Source: the human T2T-CHM13v2.0 reference genome, Homo sapiens. Taken from it: 64,000 nucleotides of DNA. The translations under genes and the position numbers were made by a program. Shown in pieces: positions 1-13,838 of the stretch. The stretch is from assembly GCF_009914755.1 (NCBI RefSeq), contig NC_060927.1; one strand, written 5' to 3'. Numbering within the stretch: position 1 is the first letter of the stretch; every line of letters begins with the position of its first letter. The notes below the pieces were generated by a model. That model worked only from the letters and a program-made list of their open reading frames with translations, made no database searches and was not told the origin of the DNA.

Positions 1-614
1 CTTTAATGCATCCGCTCCCAAGAGCAAGTCAAATATAAAAGAAGCCTCCTACTACATTTTTATCAAATCCCATTTCTTTAACAGATAAATGATCAATGGT
101 TTTACAAACATCTTCTGGAAAATTAACATAAAATTATTTTAAAATTTAGAGTAAATTTTATGTTTGCGTCCTTTGCAATCTAGATTTGACAGATATGATG
201 AATCTTTCCAACTCAGACATAGGGTTACCTAAATTGTTCCAGTCACTAATCATGTCCAGAAACCAACAGGCTCCACATATAGTTTGAATTCCAAAAACTA
301 CAGAAATAAATAACTTGCATATATCACTGAACATAACTTTGCAACCTAAAAGAGCAATGTTTGTCATCAAATATGAAATAGCAACATCTAACTATGTGAC
401 TCAGATGTACAGGTTTTACCCCAAAACAGACTCCATGTATTTCCTTCTTGATCATTTGCATCACCTAGGAAGATACTAAAGACACAACGGTCTCTCTGTA
501 AACAACGTTGGCTAATAATTTACACTGGGTTGCTTCATGGACACTGGAATAACCTTGATGATAAAAATCACCATCATCCAGCAAGGTGCTTCTAAAGCCC
601 TCTGGGGAACAGGT

Positions 615-750
615 GAGCCATTCTCATTCTTCACATCAGGAAACTGAGGCTCACAAGAGCTGAGCATCTTGTCAAAGATCACTTAGCTAGTAAAGGCAGA
701 TACAGGTCTCAAACCCAGGTCTACAATTCCAATTTCAATGACTTTTGTCA
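615..750 (-). mobile_element. MIR fragment
   Basis: MIR core aggaaactgaggctca...aagatcac...aaacccaggtct. Confidence 0.65.
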
Positions 751-894
751 TATCATTCCCACAGAAATAACAAAGGATATTATAATCCAGTCACTTTGTC
801 ATGGTGAAGACATATCTTCACTCCAATTAAATTATAAGCTCCCTGCTGACGGCAACTGCATATTGTTTTCCTTTATAAATTTTAAATTGCCAGA

Positions 895-1297
895 TGCAAT
901 AGCCAGTTTTAGTCAACTTGGCTAGGCTCTAGTCCTCAGTTATTAATCTAGGAGTTGCTAATAGAAGGCATTTTGTAGACATGACTAAAATCTACCATCA
1001 GTTGACTTTAAGTAAAGGAGATTATTCTCAGTATTCTGCATGGGCCTGATCCCATCAAGTGAAAGGCCTATGAGCAGAATTCAGGTTTCCCTGAGGAAGA
1101 ACAAATTCCACCTATTGATTGCAACATCAGCTTCTGTCTAAGACCTTCCAGTCGGCTTTTGCTGATGGCCTGTTCTGCGAATTTTGAAAATGCCTAGCCT
1201 CTGTAACTGTGTAAGCCAATTCCTTATGATAAAGTTCTTAATCTGTAGAAAATGTTTAACGTGGTTCTGTTTTTCTTGCAGAACCCTGACTGACACA
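895..1297 (+). mobile_element. MLT2-family (ERVL) solo LTR
   Basis: gtcaacttggctaggct, gactttaagtaaaggagatta, and the terminus gttctgtt...agaaccctgactgacaca. Confidence 0.75.
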
Positions 1298-2736
1298 CCC
1301 AGCCCAGTGCCAAGCACATCATGCAGAAACAACAAGTGTTTACCAAAATGTCTATCTGAAAGTCATACAATGTTGGCATTATTTACAAAACTATTTTCAC
1401 TTACAGCTTATGCTCCACCACTTCATCAAGATCTCTTTTCATTAGAAGTATATACATTGATTTTAAGGTGCAAACCGACAAATAACACTTGCAACCGGTG
1501 AAGAATGCTATAAACAAAGTCAAAGCTTCCATATCTTCTGTCGCATACAAACAACAGTCATCACAGATCCTCCAACTCAGAATCAGCAGTGGAAGCTAGG
1601 AAGAGAACTCCATTCTTTATATTCATAACAAAGAAATAAGCTCCTTTCTAAAAAGCAAGTAGGTTTAAATTTTAGGAAATACGGATTTTCTTTCTGATTT
1701 TCCTCGAAACTCCTCTTACTCATCCATTCTTTTCCTTCTTCATCTAGATTCCTAATTTATTCAGGACTTTAGTTTGTGTGGAATTATCAGTACCACACGA
1801 GTGAGGAAATACTGCGGAGCTAGGAGATAGATAACTGTGCTGTGGTACCGTCCAGCAGGGTGAAAGGTCTATAACAGCTCTAAAGAAGATGGACAGTTAC
1901 AGCAGACAAAAGTAAGTGTGAAGGGGCCAATTGCAGGCAATCTCCACGCATCTCAGAGCTGTGAGGATTAAATAAAATAATGTGTAATTACTGCTGCTCA
2001 TACTTCTCCACCGAACTATCCCCAAGAAAACTGAGAGGGTTACAGGGATCCCTTGAAGAATGGGGGAATAGCCCAAAGCATCCTCTTCATAACCCCCAAG
2101 CAAGAATTTCTTCAAAGTATAAGATTTTACTTTAAAAACACAGGTGGCATTTATATTCTGTATTCATGTTTGCTATGGTATAAAAATACAGCTCTAAATT
2201 ATTTACTATAATGTAAAAATAATATGCCAGAAGAGCAGCCACACTTAAGCTCTACCTTGGGGTCCAGCATGGTACCACATCTCCTAATCTGAGAGTATTG
2301 GGTGGTCCCTTTGAAAAGTACAGATGAATGCAAAGCACTTGACACAAGGAATAGTACATAGCAGACACCCAATAAAGTAGAGCTATTGTTACTATCATCA
2401 TCGCTGCTGTTGTTATCTCAAGCAAGGGATCATGGGCCTGTGAAAAATACAGAATCCTTTAAGCTGTGCAAATGTGGTAAGACATAAAGAAAAGTTTCAA
2501 GGAGCTACATTGTATATGGTTAGCAGAGCAGAGAAGATAGGCATAGGGCATCACAGATGAAGGAAGTTACAAAAAAAAAAATTCCTTTAAATTCAGGCAG
2601 CTTTACAAAAGAAAGGTTACTACATTCCCCAAGCCTTCATACAGTGCCTCCTACTAAGTCTCTAGTCTCTTGCAGCTTCATTGAATATGGGTTTATGAGG
2701 ACTATCAATGTGGTTCATTTGTTTTTCCAGACTCAC

Positions 2737-2877
2737 CTCTTTCTCAGTCAGTTCAGCCTGTAAAGCATTGACCTTCTCTTTCAGGTCTTTGTTCTCTTTT
2801 CGGAAGGATTCTATCTCTTCTAGTCTTTCCCGATCATCTCTTTCTCGCTGTTCTTTCAAGCGCTCAATTATTCTCTC
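2737..2877 (-). CDS. ERC2: ERC2 next coding exon, 141 nt, 47 aa ERIIERLKEQRERDDRERLEEIESFRKENKDLKEKVNALQAELTEKE
   Basis: Acceptor ttgccttaCAG at 2879-2878 with a pyrimidine tract, donor GAG|GTGAGT at 2736. Phase 0/0, in frame with the 11181-11318 exon (...LSEK|ERII...). Confidence 0.95.
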
Positions 2878-3549
2878 CTGTAAGGCAATTAACAAAAAAG
2901 AAGAGGTGAGAACCCATCAGTGTATATGCCAAAGCATACTGTAAAAGAAAATAAGAGGCAGTACATCTAAGAAATGCTGTACAGGAATCAACACACACAA
3001 GAAAATCAAAATTGGATTCGTGGGGAGGCTGTGCATAACAGCACTTGGGAAGGACAACCAATAACAGCTTTTGACTTGTTAATAAAAGTTAATATCACAG
3101 GGTTGCAAAGGAACGTAATGTTCAAGTTCTGTGGTTGCTCTTGGTTCATGGTAGTATCCAGCAAATTTCTAGAGCAGCTCTAGAAGAGGGAGCTTCAGAC
3201 ACCAAGACTCCAGACCTACCACAGCCTTGCACAGGAAAGGGGAAGAAGTAGAACATGCCTCTTGGCTCCGCCCTCTTTGCTTAGCCTCTCCATTTGTCAT
3301 CAAAGAGCCTTCATTGGTTTCTGAAGACTGTTCTCTGGCTAGATGGGAATGAAGTGGGGCAGGACCCAAACCCTCCAGGACTTAGAGCTGGGACTCATTG
3401 TGAGAACTTGAGACAAAGAATCAGTCCATTGTGTATGTGATTTTCCAGTGTGTCTGAGGATGTTTACTTCTGTGTTTTTTCAGTGGTTTCTTGATAGTCA
3501 GCAGAGAATCCAAAACACTGGCTGAGTTTGAACGAAGTTCAGCAGCAGC

Positions 3550-3720
3550 TTTATTTTATTGAGGGCTTACTACATGCTAGGCACTGTGATGTGCTCTCCT
3601 CATCAGCCCTCATCACAAGCGCAAGGGCAGATCCAGTGCTCTTGGTGACGGTGTAGAGGTGAGGAAACCCAGAGCTCCGAGATGCAAGGTGGCCCAGGTC
3701 ATAAACAGAACGCCTCCCAC
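3550..3720 (-). mobile_element. MIR
   Basis: tttattgagggcttactacatgctaggcactgtg...gaggaaacc...ggcccaggtca. Confidence 0.6.
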
Positions 3721-3892
3721 ATCCCAGGCTCTCTGACTGTCAGCCACACCCATGAGACCACACTGCCACAAACATACACCTGGAGCCATTCAAGGAGGTC
3801 TGCCTTTGACTTTCACACTGAAATGAAAACACTGCTTTGTAGACTTGTTTTCCAAAAATAGGGAATCTGCCTGATATCAAAGTAAGAAACTT

Positions 3893-3894
<2 letters not shown>

Positions 3895-3922
<28 letters not shown>
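3895..3922. repeat. (CA)n microsatellite
   Basis: Direct reading, about 14 units. Confidence 0.95.
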
Positions 3923-3925
<3 letters not shown>

Positions 3926-6014
3926 CACACGAAAATTCCATCTGCGTAAAGCTTGAGTTAGATTTCTGAAATTAGTTTGAAATTATCCAACACATATCTA
4001 AACTTCCTCTCGGATGGCCATGTTAAAAAATACTGGTGCAACAACTGTGGCCAAGGATCCTGATACTATCTTTTATATTCTTATAATTGCATAGTGCAAG
4101 ACAATGCCTGATAAATAAGACAACTGTAAAATAGTATTTAATGCAGAGGGAAGTTAGTTTGAACAGTTAGCCTGTGATTTAAGATCCCCCGAGGAAGCAA
4201 CTGTTCTACCCCACTGACAATAATTTATATATCTAATGCTTTCAGCGGAGGAGGTACCATTACTATTTTCCAATTATTTAAAAACACTTTAAATGAAATA
4301 TATTATTATAAGAGAGGAGGCAGAAATATAACAAATGAAACTATTAATTGCCTATATTTGTTTCTTCTTGATCCCAGACCTAGTTTACCTACCTGTGACA
4401 ATGGTGAGTGGATGACTATGTGATCCACAAGAGAAGGAAATGGCCACAGTACATGGTCAATCTCTCAAGGGTTTTTAATGATTTCAGCAACCAAGACCTT
4501 GCTGCCTTTTGCCCACACTACAACCAATTACCCAGCCACCTCTCCGTCCCATCCCTTCCACTACATGGCTGTTGGAGCGACATTTCTAAAGCTCCAAAAG
4601 GACGTGTCGTCTCACTATTTGGAAACCTTCCCAGGAATCCCTCTGGCTGGATCACGTGGCACTTATTCCCACTCGGCAGCCTTCACGTGGTTTCACTGCA
4701 TGATCATCCTCCCAGCCCCACTTTCAAGAGGGCAGCACTAAAATCCTATGAGTCTTCTTGACCCACAGCTGGGCAAATCATCTGGCATACAACAAGCAAT
4801 TAAAAGAGCTGAAGGAAGGAAGGAGAACTCAATTAGGGATCATCTTGGCTTCAAAGAAAAGGTAATAAAATTAAGCAGACATGTTAACAGCCAGAAGGTG
4901 TCAGAATCGTTTGGAAAGTAGGTCGATTTGCTCTAAGCACTCGTACTATTGACTGGGCATTGATGACAAAAAAAATCAACAAGCACTATAATGTTTTTAA
5001 GTGTTATTGATGATTCAATACTACAACATATTTCTCCGTCAATCACAAAACCAATTTAACTGTCAGCCGCGCAGGGCCAGATGTCAAAAACATGTGTTAA
5101 AAGGCCCTAATATACCATGATGTACTTGATTAAAAACTAACTTGCAGAAATTCCAACAATGTGTTCTTGTTTTAGTCTTATTTGCATTGGCAAGCATTCC
5201 TTGTGCACTCATCTGGCTCTGCACAGGTCTAATCTATTTGTGCTTTATCACAGGGTGGGAACTAAATTACAGTGGCCTCCAGCTCCACTATCTGGCTTTC
5301 TCAACTGCTTATCTGCTATGTGGCTACAGCAAGGCTTTGCGAGACCAGCTTTATAAATACAGTGGGTTCCATCTCTTGAGCTTCTGTGTGTCAATCCTAG
5401 AACCAAGTCATATTCAATCTTAACTCACGGAGAGGCATTATTCTTTGCACTCTGTTAATAGTTGAATAAGTTCCTGGAAAGTAAAAGGAATAACATACTC
5501 CCTAGGATGCCATAATCCAGGGGAAATGGTGAATACTGCCTGATGGATTCTTTTCATCAGCCAAGAGACAGCAAATAATTAAATGTACTTAAAAATTCAT
5601 GAGTTTTTATTAATCATTTTGTTTCACAGCATGCCTTGTTACAGGGGGATTTGTGCAATTAAATGTGGATAAAAATGGGACTTGTGAGCAAAACTCCATT
5701 TAAAGAAGATTGTGATGTTGCCAAAAGCACAAAGATCTTTGAGTTTTAGTCTTATTCTATCACCTGTGAGCTACTGGCCTTGGGATAGTCCAGAGGAGGC
5801 AGCAAAGTCTCAACGAAGGACCAGCTTAGACAGGGTGGAAACAGCTTCCAGGAGCGGTGGGTTGAGAAGTTAGCATGTGCCATGATTAATTAATGATGTC
5901 TCTCTAGGCCCAGAAATGGGGGATGATGCTGTACATGTCGATATTTTTATTTCTGGGCAAATCATTTCACCTCATTGAGCCCATTTCCCATCTTAAAATG
6001 GAAGAGCATAGATT

Positions 6015-6210
6015 TAGTGTTTCTCAAAGTGTAGCCTTCTGACCACTTGGATCAGAACCCTTCGGTATATTTAAAAATCAGAGGTTCCTGGGCTCCACAG
6101 CAGAGCAGCTGAATCAGAATCTCTAGGAAATAGGACCCAGGAAACTGTATTTTAAGAAACCTCCTAGATGATAAGATTATTTGGATATATACAAAGGTTT
6201 GATGCATACT
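6015..6210. mobile_element. MER5A-type hAT-Charlie MITE
   Basis: agtgtttctcaaagtgt...ctgaatcagaatctctagg...cccaggaaactgtattttaa. Confidence 0.7.
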
Positions 6211-7494
6211 GGAATACTTAGAATAAATCTTCTATTATTTGTCCTAAGATAGAGAACCTTGCCAGTTCCTATCCAACGGTTTTATCTGTGCTTTCCAAAT
6301 ACATTAGGCATTCTGATTTTGGCACCTTTAAAAAATTCCCTCCACATCCATTGCTCTATATCTGCTTTTATTCTTCATCGCTATGAAAAGTTAAAAAAAA
6401 ACAGATGCAAACAGAGTTTGGAAATAAATAGCTCACAAAGCTGGTACATAGAGCTCTTTTGTTTGACTTGAGCATCATAATTTTTAAAAATCTGAACTTG
6501 AATGTTTTGAAATAGACCAGGGATCTGCAGCTTACCATAGCTACCAGTAGTCCCTACTACACTTCAGCAAAGCCACATCCCTCATTTTTGTTCCCTCCCT
6601 GGCCCTTCTAGTCGTCTAAGTTCTCAACTCCTCATCTGTTGTCCAATTCAGATGCCATGAGCCTGAGATTGCAGATCAGCAAACTGAATAATTCATTGTC
6701 AAGGGAGTTCCAGGACAGCATGAAACTTAGAGGTCAGCTAATAAAAATGTGTATTTTGAAGATGAGGTACTGAGACGCTGAGAGAAGAGGCTTGCCCAGG
6801 TGATGCAACTGTCAAGCAGTAAAGACAGTCCAAGGGGCCAGACTCCCACAGACCTCAGATTCCTTCCCAGACACCCCCTCAGCCTCAAAGGAAGTACTTA
6901 AATAAAGGGAGTAGTTTCAGATTTGGGAATTACTTTGGGATTTAAGCTAGAATAAATCAAATCTTAATAGGGTCCAGAAAAAAAAATAAAATCCTGCCAA
7001 GAATTCATGACATGAAAAATTATATGGTATATGTTTACTTCTGTGAATTTTAAGAAAGAAATCAAGAGGTAGAAATAGGGTGATATCATACAACCCAAAT
7101 ATGCTAAATGAACACATAAGCAGTAATAGTTTTTGAACAAACATCCCCTCATTCCAATGTTACAAATAAAACTACTGCAGAGAGCTCTGGAAATAAATTA
7201 TTAAAAGATGAAAAGAGAATATCTCTCCCCAAAAAGTCATCTTATTAAATATTCTTATAAGCTTTCAAGTAAAACCTTATCATTCTTATAATTTAATCCT
7301 GAAGTTATAATCTTTCAATGTTTAAATTGTTACAGGATTTATAACTTTATTAACCAGCAACTGTTTCTCCTCCATGGTTTTTTTAGCAAAATTAATTTGG
7401 AAATACATACTAAATATGATGTCAAATAAGGTAACTCAATGTCAAAATGTACATTCTTTATCTTACAAAAGCCTCATTTTAATTGTTTGCTATA

Positions 7495-8641
7495 TTTTAT
7501 TTTATTTACATTCTGGGATACATGTGCACGATGTGTAGGTTTGTTACATAGGTAAACGTGTGTAATGGTGGTTTGCTGCACCTATCAACCCATCACCTAG
7601 GTATTAAGCTCAGCATGCATTAGCTATTTTTCCTAATGCTCTCCCTCCCCCGACCCCTTCCAACAGGCCCCAGTGTGTGTTGTTCCCTTCCCTGTGTCCA
7701 TGTGTTCACATTGCTCAGCTCCCACTTATAAGTGAGAATAGGCAGTGTTTCGTTTTCTGTTCCTGCATTAGTTTGCTGAGGTTAATGGCTTCCAGTTCCA
7801 TCCATGTCCCTGCAAATAACATGATCTCATTCCTTTTCATGGCTGCATAGTATTCCATGGTATATATGTACCACATTTTCTTTATTCAGTCTATCATTGA
7901 TGGACATTTGGGTTGGTTCCATGTCTTTGCTATTGTGGATAGTACTGCAATGAACATATGCATGCACCTTTATAATAGAATGATTTATATTCCTTTGGGT
8001 ATATACCCAGTAATGGGATTGCTGGGTCAAATGGTATTTGTTGTTCTAGGTCTTTGAGGAATTGCCACACTGTCTTCCACAATGGTTGAACTAATTTAGA
8101 TTCCCACCAACAATGTAAAAGCATTCCTTTTTCTGCCCAGCCTCACCAGCATCTGTTGTTTCTTGACATTTTAATACCTGCCATTCTGACTGGCATGAGA
8201 TGGTATCTCACTGTGGTTTTGATTTGCATTTCTCTAATGATCAGTGATGTTGAGCTCTTTTTCATGTGTGTTGGCTGCATAAATGTCTTCTTTTGAGAAG
8301 TGTCTGTTCATGTCTTTTGACCACTTGTTAGTGGGGTTGTTTGTTTGTTTCTTGTAAACTTGTTTAAGTTCCTTGCATATTCTGGATATTAGACCTTTGT
8401 CAGATGGATAGATTGCAAAAATTTTCTCCCATTCTGTAGGTTGTCTGTTTGCTCTGATGATAGTTTCTTTTGCTGTGCAAAAGCTCTTTAGTCTAATTAG
8501 ATCCTATCTGTCAATTTTTGCTTTTGTTGCAATTGCTTTAGACATTTTCATCATGAAATCTTTGCCTGTGCCTGTGTCCTGAAGGGTATTGCCTAGATTT
8601 TCTTCTAGAGTTTTTACAGTTCTGGGTTTTACGTTTAAATC
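7495..8641 (-). mobile_element. 5'-truncated L1PA (approx. L1PA8-10) 3' end
   Basis: T-rich tail and L1PA 3' UTR (tacatgtgcacgatgtgtaggtttgttacataggtaaacg). ORF2 C-terminal remnants in ORF 7930-8124 ([17 protein letters not shown]). Confidence 0.92.
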
Positions 8642-8799
8642 TCACAATTTTTAATAGGACCATGAAGACTAGCCCTAGAGTCATGGGTCTTTTTGTAGCT
8701 TCCTTTTTTTTTCTTTTTTTTTTTTTTAATAACTTTTTAATTTAACTCCAAAAATATGCTTACCCATCTTTTTAGAGCTCCTAGGTTTTTATCATAGAG

Positions 8800-8985
8800 C
8801 CTTGGTTCTCAGACTAGAGTTTACATCACGATGACTTGGGGAACTTGCTAAAGTGCAGATTCCCAGGCCCTATGAGGTTCTGATTTGGTAGGTATAGATG
8901 GGGCCTAACAATAGAGACTTTCAACAGGAGCTTCCTGGTAATTCTGAAGTAACAGAAGAGAAGCCTCCTTTAGGATACACTGGCC
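8800..8985. mobile_element. MER5A-type MITE
   Basis: tggttctcagact...tgcagattcccaggccc...tctgatttggtaggt...gtaattctga. Confidence 0.65.
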
Positions 8986-9729
8986 TAGGAAACCCATGGG
9001 CATTTAATCTAATTCCCCCATTCATCAAATGGGAAATTTGAGGCCCTGAGAGAGGCAATTACTTGCCAGGCTCACCCAGTTAATTAATGGCTCCCCAGTT
9101 AATTAGTGGCTTAGGTGGGACTGGCCCCTAGGTCTCCTTCCAATTACTTCATTACCCCAGAGTTTATAGGCTACTGTAACAGGGAATATAGGAGATAATG
9201 CTATTACTCTAGTAGGGCATCCCAGAGGAAAACCCTCACAACATCCCATGCATGTGTGGACAAATCCTGCAAAGTGCTGCAGGATCAAAAATGATGGGAA
9301 AGATGAAGAAAAAGAACATAATAAAATCTACTCCCACACTTCAAAAGTTAACATTTCTTTTCTTGGTTTCAAGCTAAATTTGAAAATAATGCCAATAACA
9401 TGGGCCTAAAAACTGCGCCAGCACTTCCATGTCCAACCAACAAACAAGCCGTCCCTCCTGAGAATTCCTAGAGAACTTTACCTGCACTGGCTCTTTGACA
9501 TTCAGGAAGTGTTGGAGGAGAGGAGAGAGCATATGCAAACTCAACTCCAGGGTCTGATACCTACAATAGGTGCCCAGAGAATGAATGAACTCATTTAGCC
9601 AGAATGAAATGGACTGGAAATCATTTTAAAAGTAAGTAAACATCAGAATGAGCTGTTTGCCTAAAGGATTTTATTCATTCATTCATTCTTTTATTCAAAT
9701 TAATCCCCTTAAATGTAAGTCAGAAGGAA

Positions 9730-10160
9730 ACCCTCAGGATGGCATCCCATCCCCTTCAAAGTAAAAGCCAATTTTTAAAAATCTTGTCTCACAAGGGCCT
9801 GTGAAATCTGCTGCCCTTCCTCTCACCCACACCCTTGTACTTGCTCTCCCCTCTGCCAGGGCTTTCTCCCTCCACAAGGGCTCCTGGCTCACCACTCACT
9901 TTCTTCAAGTGTTTCCTTAAATGTCACCTTCTCAGCAAGCTCCTACCTGGCCATTCTACTCCAGCACTCCCTGTACCCCTCCCTGCCTTCTCTTCTTTTG
10001 TAGAAAATATTACCCTCTGAAATCCTAGGAATGTCACATATTTATTGTCTGTCTCCCCATCACCTCCACTAGAGTCTAAACTCCATTAGAGCCAGGATTT
10101 TCACCCATTTTCTTCTCTGCTGCATCCCAAGGCTCAAAAGAGGACCTGTCACATGGTGGG
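9730..10160 (+). mobile_element. L2 fragment including 3' end
   Basis: cttaaatgtcaccttctcag, ttattgtctgtctcccc...ctagagtctaaactccat, ctgctgcatcccaag. Confidence 0.65.
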
Positions 10161-10419
10161 GGCTCACTCCACCAGTATCCAGTACTGAGTGAGCATCCCC
10201 AATGCAGGTTATGCTGGGCACAGGGAATGGAAAGATAACACACACATAGCATATGTTTCTTGGGTTTGGAGTCTAGCAGAGAAGAGAAATTAAAAACAGA
10301 TAAATGAACAATTAAGAATGTGACATGAGCTCTGGGGAGTTTGTGGTGTTCCTGAGACATAACGGGGATACCTAGGAGGTGTCCCCAAGGAAATGATAAA
10401 ATAATAATAATAGTGATAA

Positions 10420-10625
10420 CATTACATCTACTATTCTAAACACATTCCATATTTTCATGCATTTTCTCCTCAATATAATCCACTGAGGTGGCTACTATTA
10501 TTACCCTCTTTTACAAATGAAGAAACTGAGAGGTTAAGTAATTTGTCCAAAGTAGAAAGTATCAGACCTAGGATTTGATCCCAGGCAGTCTAGCTCCAAA
10601 GTCCACATTCTTGACTACTGCACAA
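10420..10625 (-). mobile_element. MIR
   Basis: ttttacaaatgaagaaactgagaggttaagtaatttgtccaa...ggatttgatcccaggcagtct. Confidence 0.8.
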
Positions 10626-10629
10626 TACA

Positions 10630-11030
10630 ACTTCTCATGAAGCTGACCTCTCAGAAGAGGAGGAATTAAATTAGCAGAGAGTGAGGAATATCCTCAGCTG
10701 GGGAATAGCATCTGAGGCAGGAAGGAGTATGGTACAGTTGAAAATCTAGAAGCCCCACATAACTAGGGAACAGAGAACCTGGAAAAAGAGAAATGGGGGA
10801 TGAGGCTGGAAATGAAAGAAAGAATGAGGGAGGGAGCAGGCACACAGAGTGGGGGCTTGCCAGATCAGATGGGAGAAGGGACCCTGGGGGCCAGGTAGAG
10901 GATTTCAAATTATATCATCGTAAGAGCAATGGCAAGCTAGTGAAGGTTTTTAAGGAAAGCCAAGAGTGATGTAATCAGATTTGCATTTCAGAAAATGCCC
11001 CTGACTGTAGTATGCCAAGTCCACTGAAGA
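10630..11030 (-). mobile_element. L2 fragment
   Basis: gcaatggcaagctagtgaaggttttt...gagtgatgtaatcagatttgcatttcagaaa. Confidence 0.6.
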
Positions 11031-11180
11031 GGGCTTGTGTGGGAAGAACAAGGACCAGCTGGGACTAAAGGTAGTGTTAGCAAAAGAAGAAAAGCAGTCA
11101 CATTTAAATGCATTGGGATCAACTTTCCCCAACTCTGTTTCCCCATATCCTGATTCCCCAGTTTTTGAGTGCATGCTCAC

Positions 11181-11318
11181 CTTCTCTGACAGAGCTTCCT
11201 CTAGCGTCGCCAGTGCAGTATCTGTATTACTGGAATCCGTCTGCAAGGACTTCACTCTGTCTTTCAGGTTGGTCAGTTGCTTGTCTTTATCCCTAAGTTG
11301 TTCTTGCAAGTTTTCAAT
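11181..11318 (-). CDS. ERC2: ERC2 (CAST1/ELKS2) internal coding exon, 138 nt, 46 aa IENLQEQLRDKDKQLTNLKDRVKSLQTDSSNTDTALATLEEALSEK
   Basis: Minus-strand acceptor tttattttTAG at 11320-11319 and donor AAG|GTGAGC at 11180. Phase 0/0. The peptide is ELKS-family coiled coil, and DKQLTNLKDR/TDSSN match my recollection of ERC2 rather than ERC1. Confidence 0.95.
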
Positions 11319-13838
11319 CTAAAAATAAAAATCAATATTTTAATGCATATTTGATTACATATCCTAGGCCAAAATTCCTGAAGTGGATCTATTAATAAAA
11401 AAAGAAAGAAAAAGACCTGAAATGATAGAAATTGTCAGTAGCTTTGACTTAGACAAAAGGCCATTTTGATGAAATCTTCATTTCTCCATTTAGTTCAAGT
11501 CTGTCTTTAAATGGTGATACAGAGGAGCAGAGTATCTCCCTCCATACAACGGTAAGCCCTTCTGACACGTACGTAATCACTATTATTTCTTTGTATTTCT
11601 ATCCCTTTTACCAGCCTTTTAGGTCTCAAGTCGATAGGCTTGAACTTGGTACACTGAACCAGGGAAATATTATGCAAGATTAATTCATTGATTAAACAGA
11701 CATTTACTGGAGAGCCCATTCTGCACCAAGTACCATATCAGTATATGGCAGATCCCATGTAGCCATTCACTTACTCCTTTATTTCAGTATTAAAGTTTGT
11801 GATATGCCAAATGTTGTCAAGTGGCTGTTTCAAAGTAACCACATGAAAAGCCAAGTAGGTTATCACCAGCAGACTGTTAATGGGAAGAACTTGTGATATA
11901 AGTCAAATGTAACAAGTACTAAACACTCCATTTGGCAACTAAGTCATGTGCTGGCAACCAACCAGCCACTTTTATCCACTATCTGCAGCCTGAAATAAAC
12001 ACGCCAAATAGCCGATTACAATGCCTGTCCAGGAGCAGCAGCAAGGACTTTCTCCTGGGCATTGAGGACATTATCATTCATGTTTTTATTCTCTGCTTTC
12101 AAACCATGTATTTCTTATCTAAGGATTTAAAAAAGCCCCACTATACAAACAATTTATTCATATTAAGGGTTTTAAAATGACAAGGAAAAAAAGCAGTACA
12201 ACTCTAAGATAAGTCCATTCAAAATATTTGCATTCTGCACCCAGCTTTCTCAGGGAATCATTCCAAAAGTATGTTTCACAATGTACACTCAAACAAATTT
12301 TTTGATTACTTGATTCCCTTAGCATGTATCTGGAATGGTAATCCAAATAATAATAATAGTAATCCCAGTAGTAATGAGGAGGAGGAGATGATTACAATGA
12401 CAATGGAGGTGGCAGCAGTAGCAGCGTCAAAAACAGCTCTGGATGCAAAGACAATGGCTCTGCTGACCTTCAATCTGGAGGACATGGTCTTGGCTAATTT
12501 TTTCAATGGCCACAATGGAAACCCGTAAACTTTGTGGCCTAACAAAGATGAAATTTTTTTTCTTTCCTTCCTTTCTTCCAGCCTCCTTCCATCCTTCGTT
12601 CCACCTTTCCTTCATTCATTTTTTTTTCTTCTGCCTTGAGATAGACAGCTTAGAAACTCAGGTTATAGGTCAAATAATTATTCTTTTCCTTCATCAAAAT
12701 GTAATGTGTTCCCATCCAGCTGCCACTGTGAAAATTAATTGCCACTCCTTGGAAAACACAGCAATTCAGAAGGCATAATCATCTCCAGTCAAAACAAAGG
12801 CTTCCTCCCTTCCAGACAAATGTTCACACAAAAATACACATAAGTAAGAATATGGATGGTTATATGTCAGAATGATACTGGTTATGTGGAAGAAGCCAGC
12901 AGCTGAGAGGACTGACTCTTGGAAACAGTGTATGTTATTACTTTGAATACACCCATGGATACATTTGTGTACACACATGTACGCAAATCCACTGTGGTTC
13001 TGAATACACTGATTAGACCCACTGGCCCACCCTGGCAGACAGTGCCCTGGGCATAAGAGGAGGACATCAGCCTTGGGGCAGTAGTAGGCAGCAATTTCAA
13101 AGGACTTTGGGCACGAGAAATAGAGACCAAAGGAAAAGTGGCTGTGCACTTATGTCATAATCCCTGGGGCCTCCTCATATAACTGGAAAGACTAGGGAGA
13201 CTGAGGGTCAGGGTCCTACTGGCATGCAGGTAGGGGTCAAGAGCTGAAGAAATAGGGATGGTGGAGACTGGAGACATGCGATCTGTTTATCTCACATCTA
13301 AGAACCCAGCAGAAGAGCCAATGATACTGCAGGTGTGACTGACTAACAGAGCTGGAATTAAAGATGTATTTATTGAGCTAGGGATGCACCACTTTAAGAA
13401 ATGCTGCAAAAAGATCACCAAGAATGACTCTTAAGAGAAAAAAATAAGGTACAGAACAGTGTGTAGCATATAATCTCTTGCATAAAATTTGAAACATCTA
13501 TAAACAGATAAATATATCTGGAAACAAATCACAAGAAATTTTAACTTTTGTAGGGTAAGGTCTAGGAGGCAGAAGGAAGAAGGAGTTTCTGGTTTTCATC
13601 TTTGTACATTTGTGTAGATTTCTGCTTGAATTTTCTAACCATGTGGGTTTTATTATTTTAAAATGTCAATCAGGGTTATCCAGCTGGTAAAATTATGGGC
13701 CATTTTTGGTTTATATTTATACATAAAAATAATAAATACTATACACATGAGTAAATAATAATTTAATAAATAAAACAAATGCCTACTTAATACTAAATTG
13801 TCCAAGTTGCCAGCAGTTACAGATTGTTGGCATATTTA

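Larger units (their letters stand above)
2878..11180 (-). other. ERC2: ERC2 intron, 8.3 kb, GT-AG
   Basis: Bounded by the donor at 11180 and the acceptor at 2878. Confidence 0.92.

Noticed and set aside
10950-11180. ORF extension beyond the ERC2 exon donor
   Set aside because: Read-through into intron and L2 sequence past a canonical GTGAGC donor, with no evidence of use.
12271-12545. ORF with Asn/Glu/Ala runs (NNNNSNPSSNEEEE)
   Set aside because: Low-complexity trinucleotide-like intronic sequence, with no splice context or recognisable homology.
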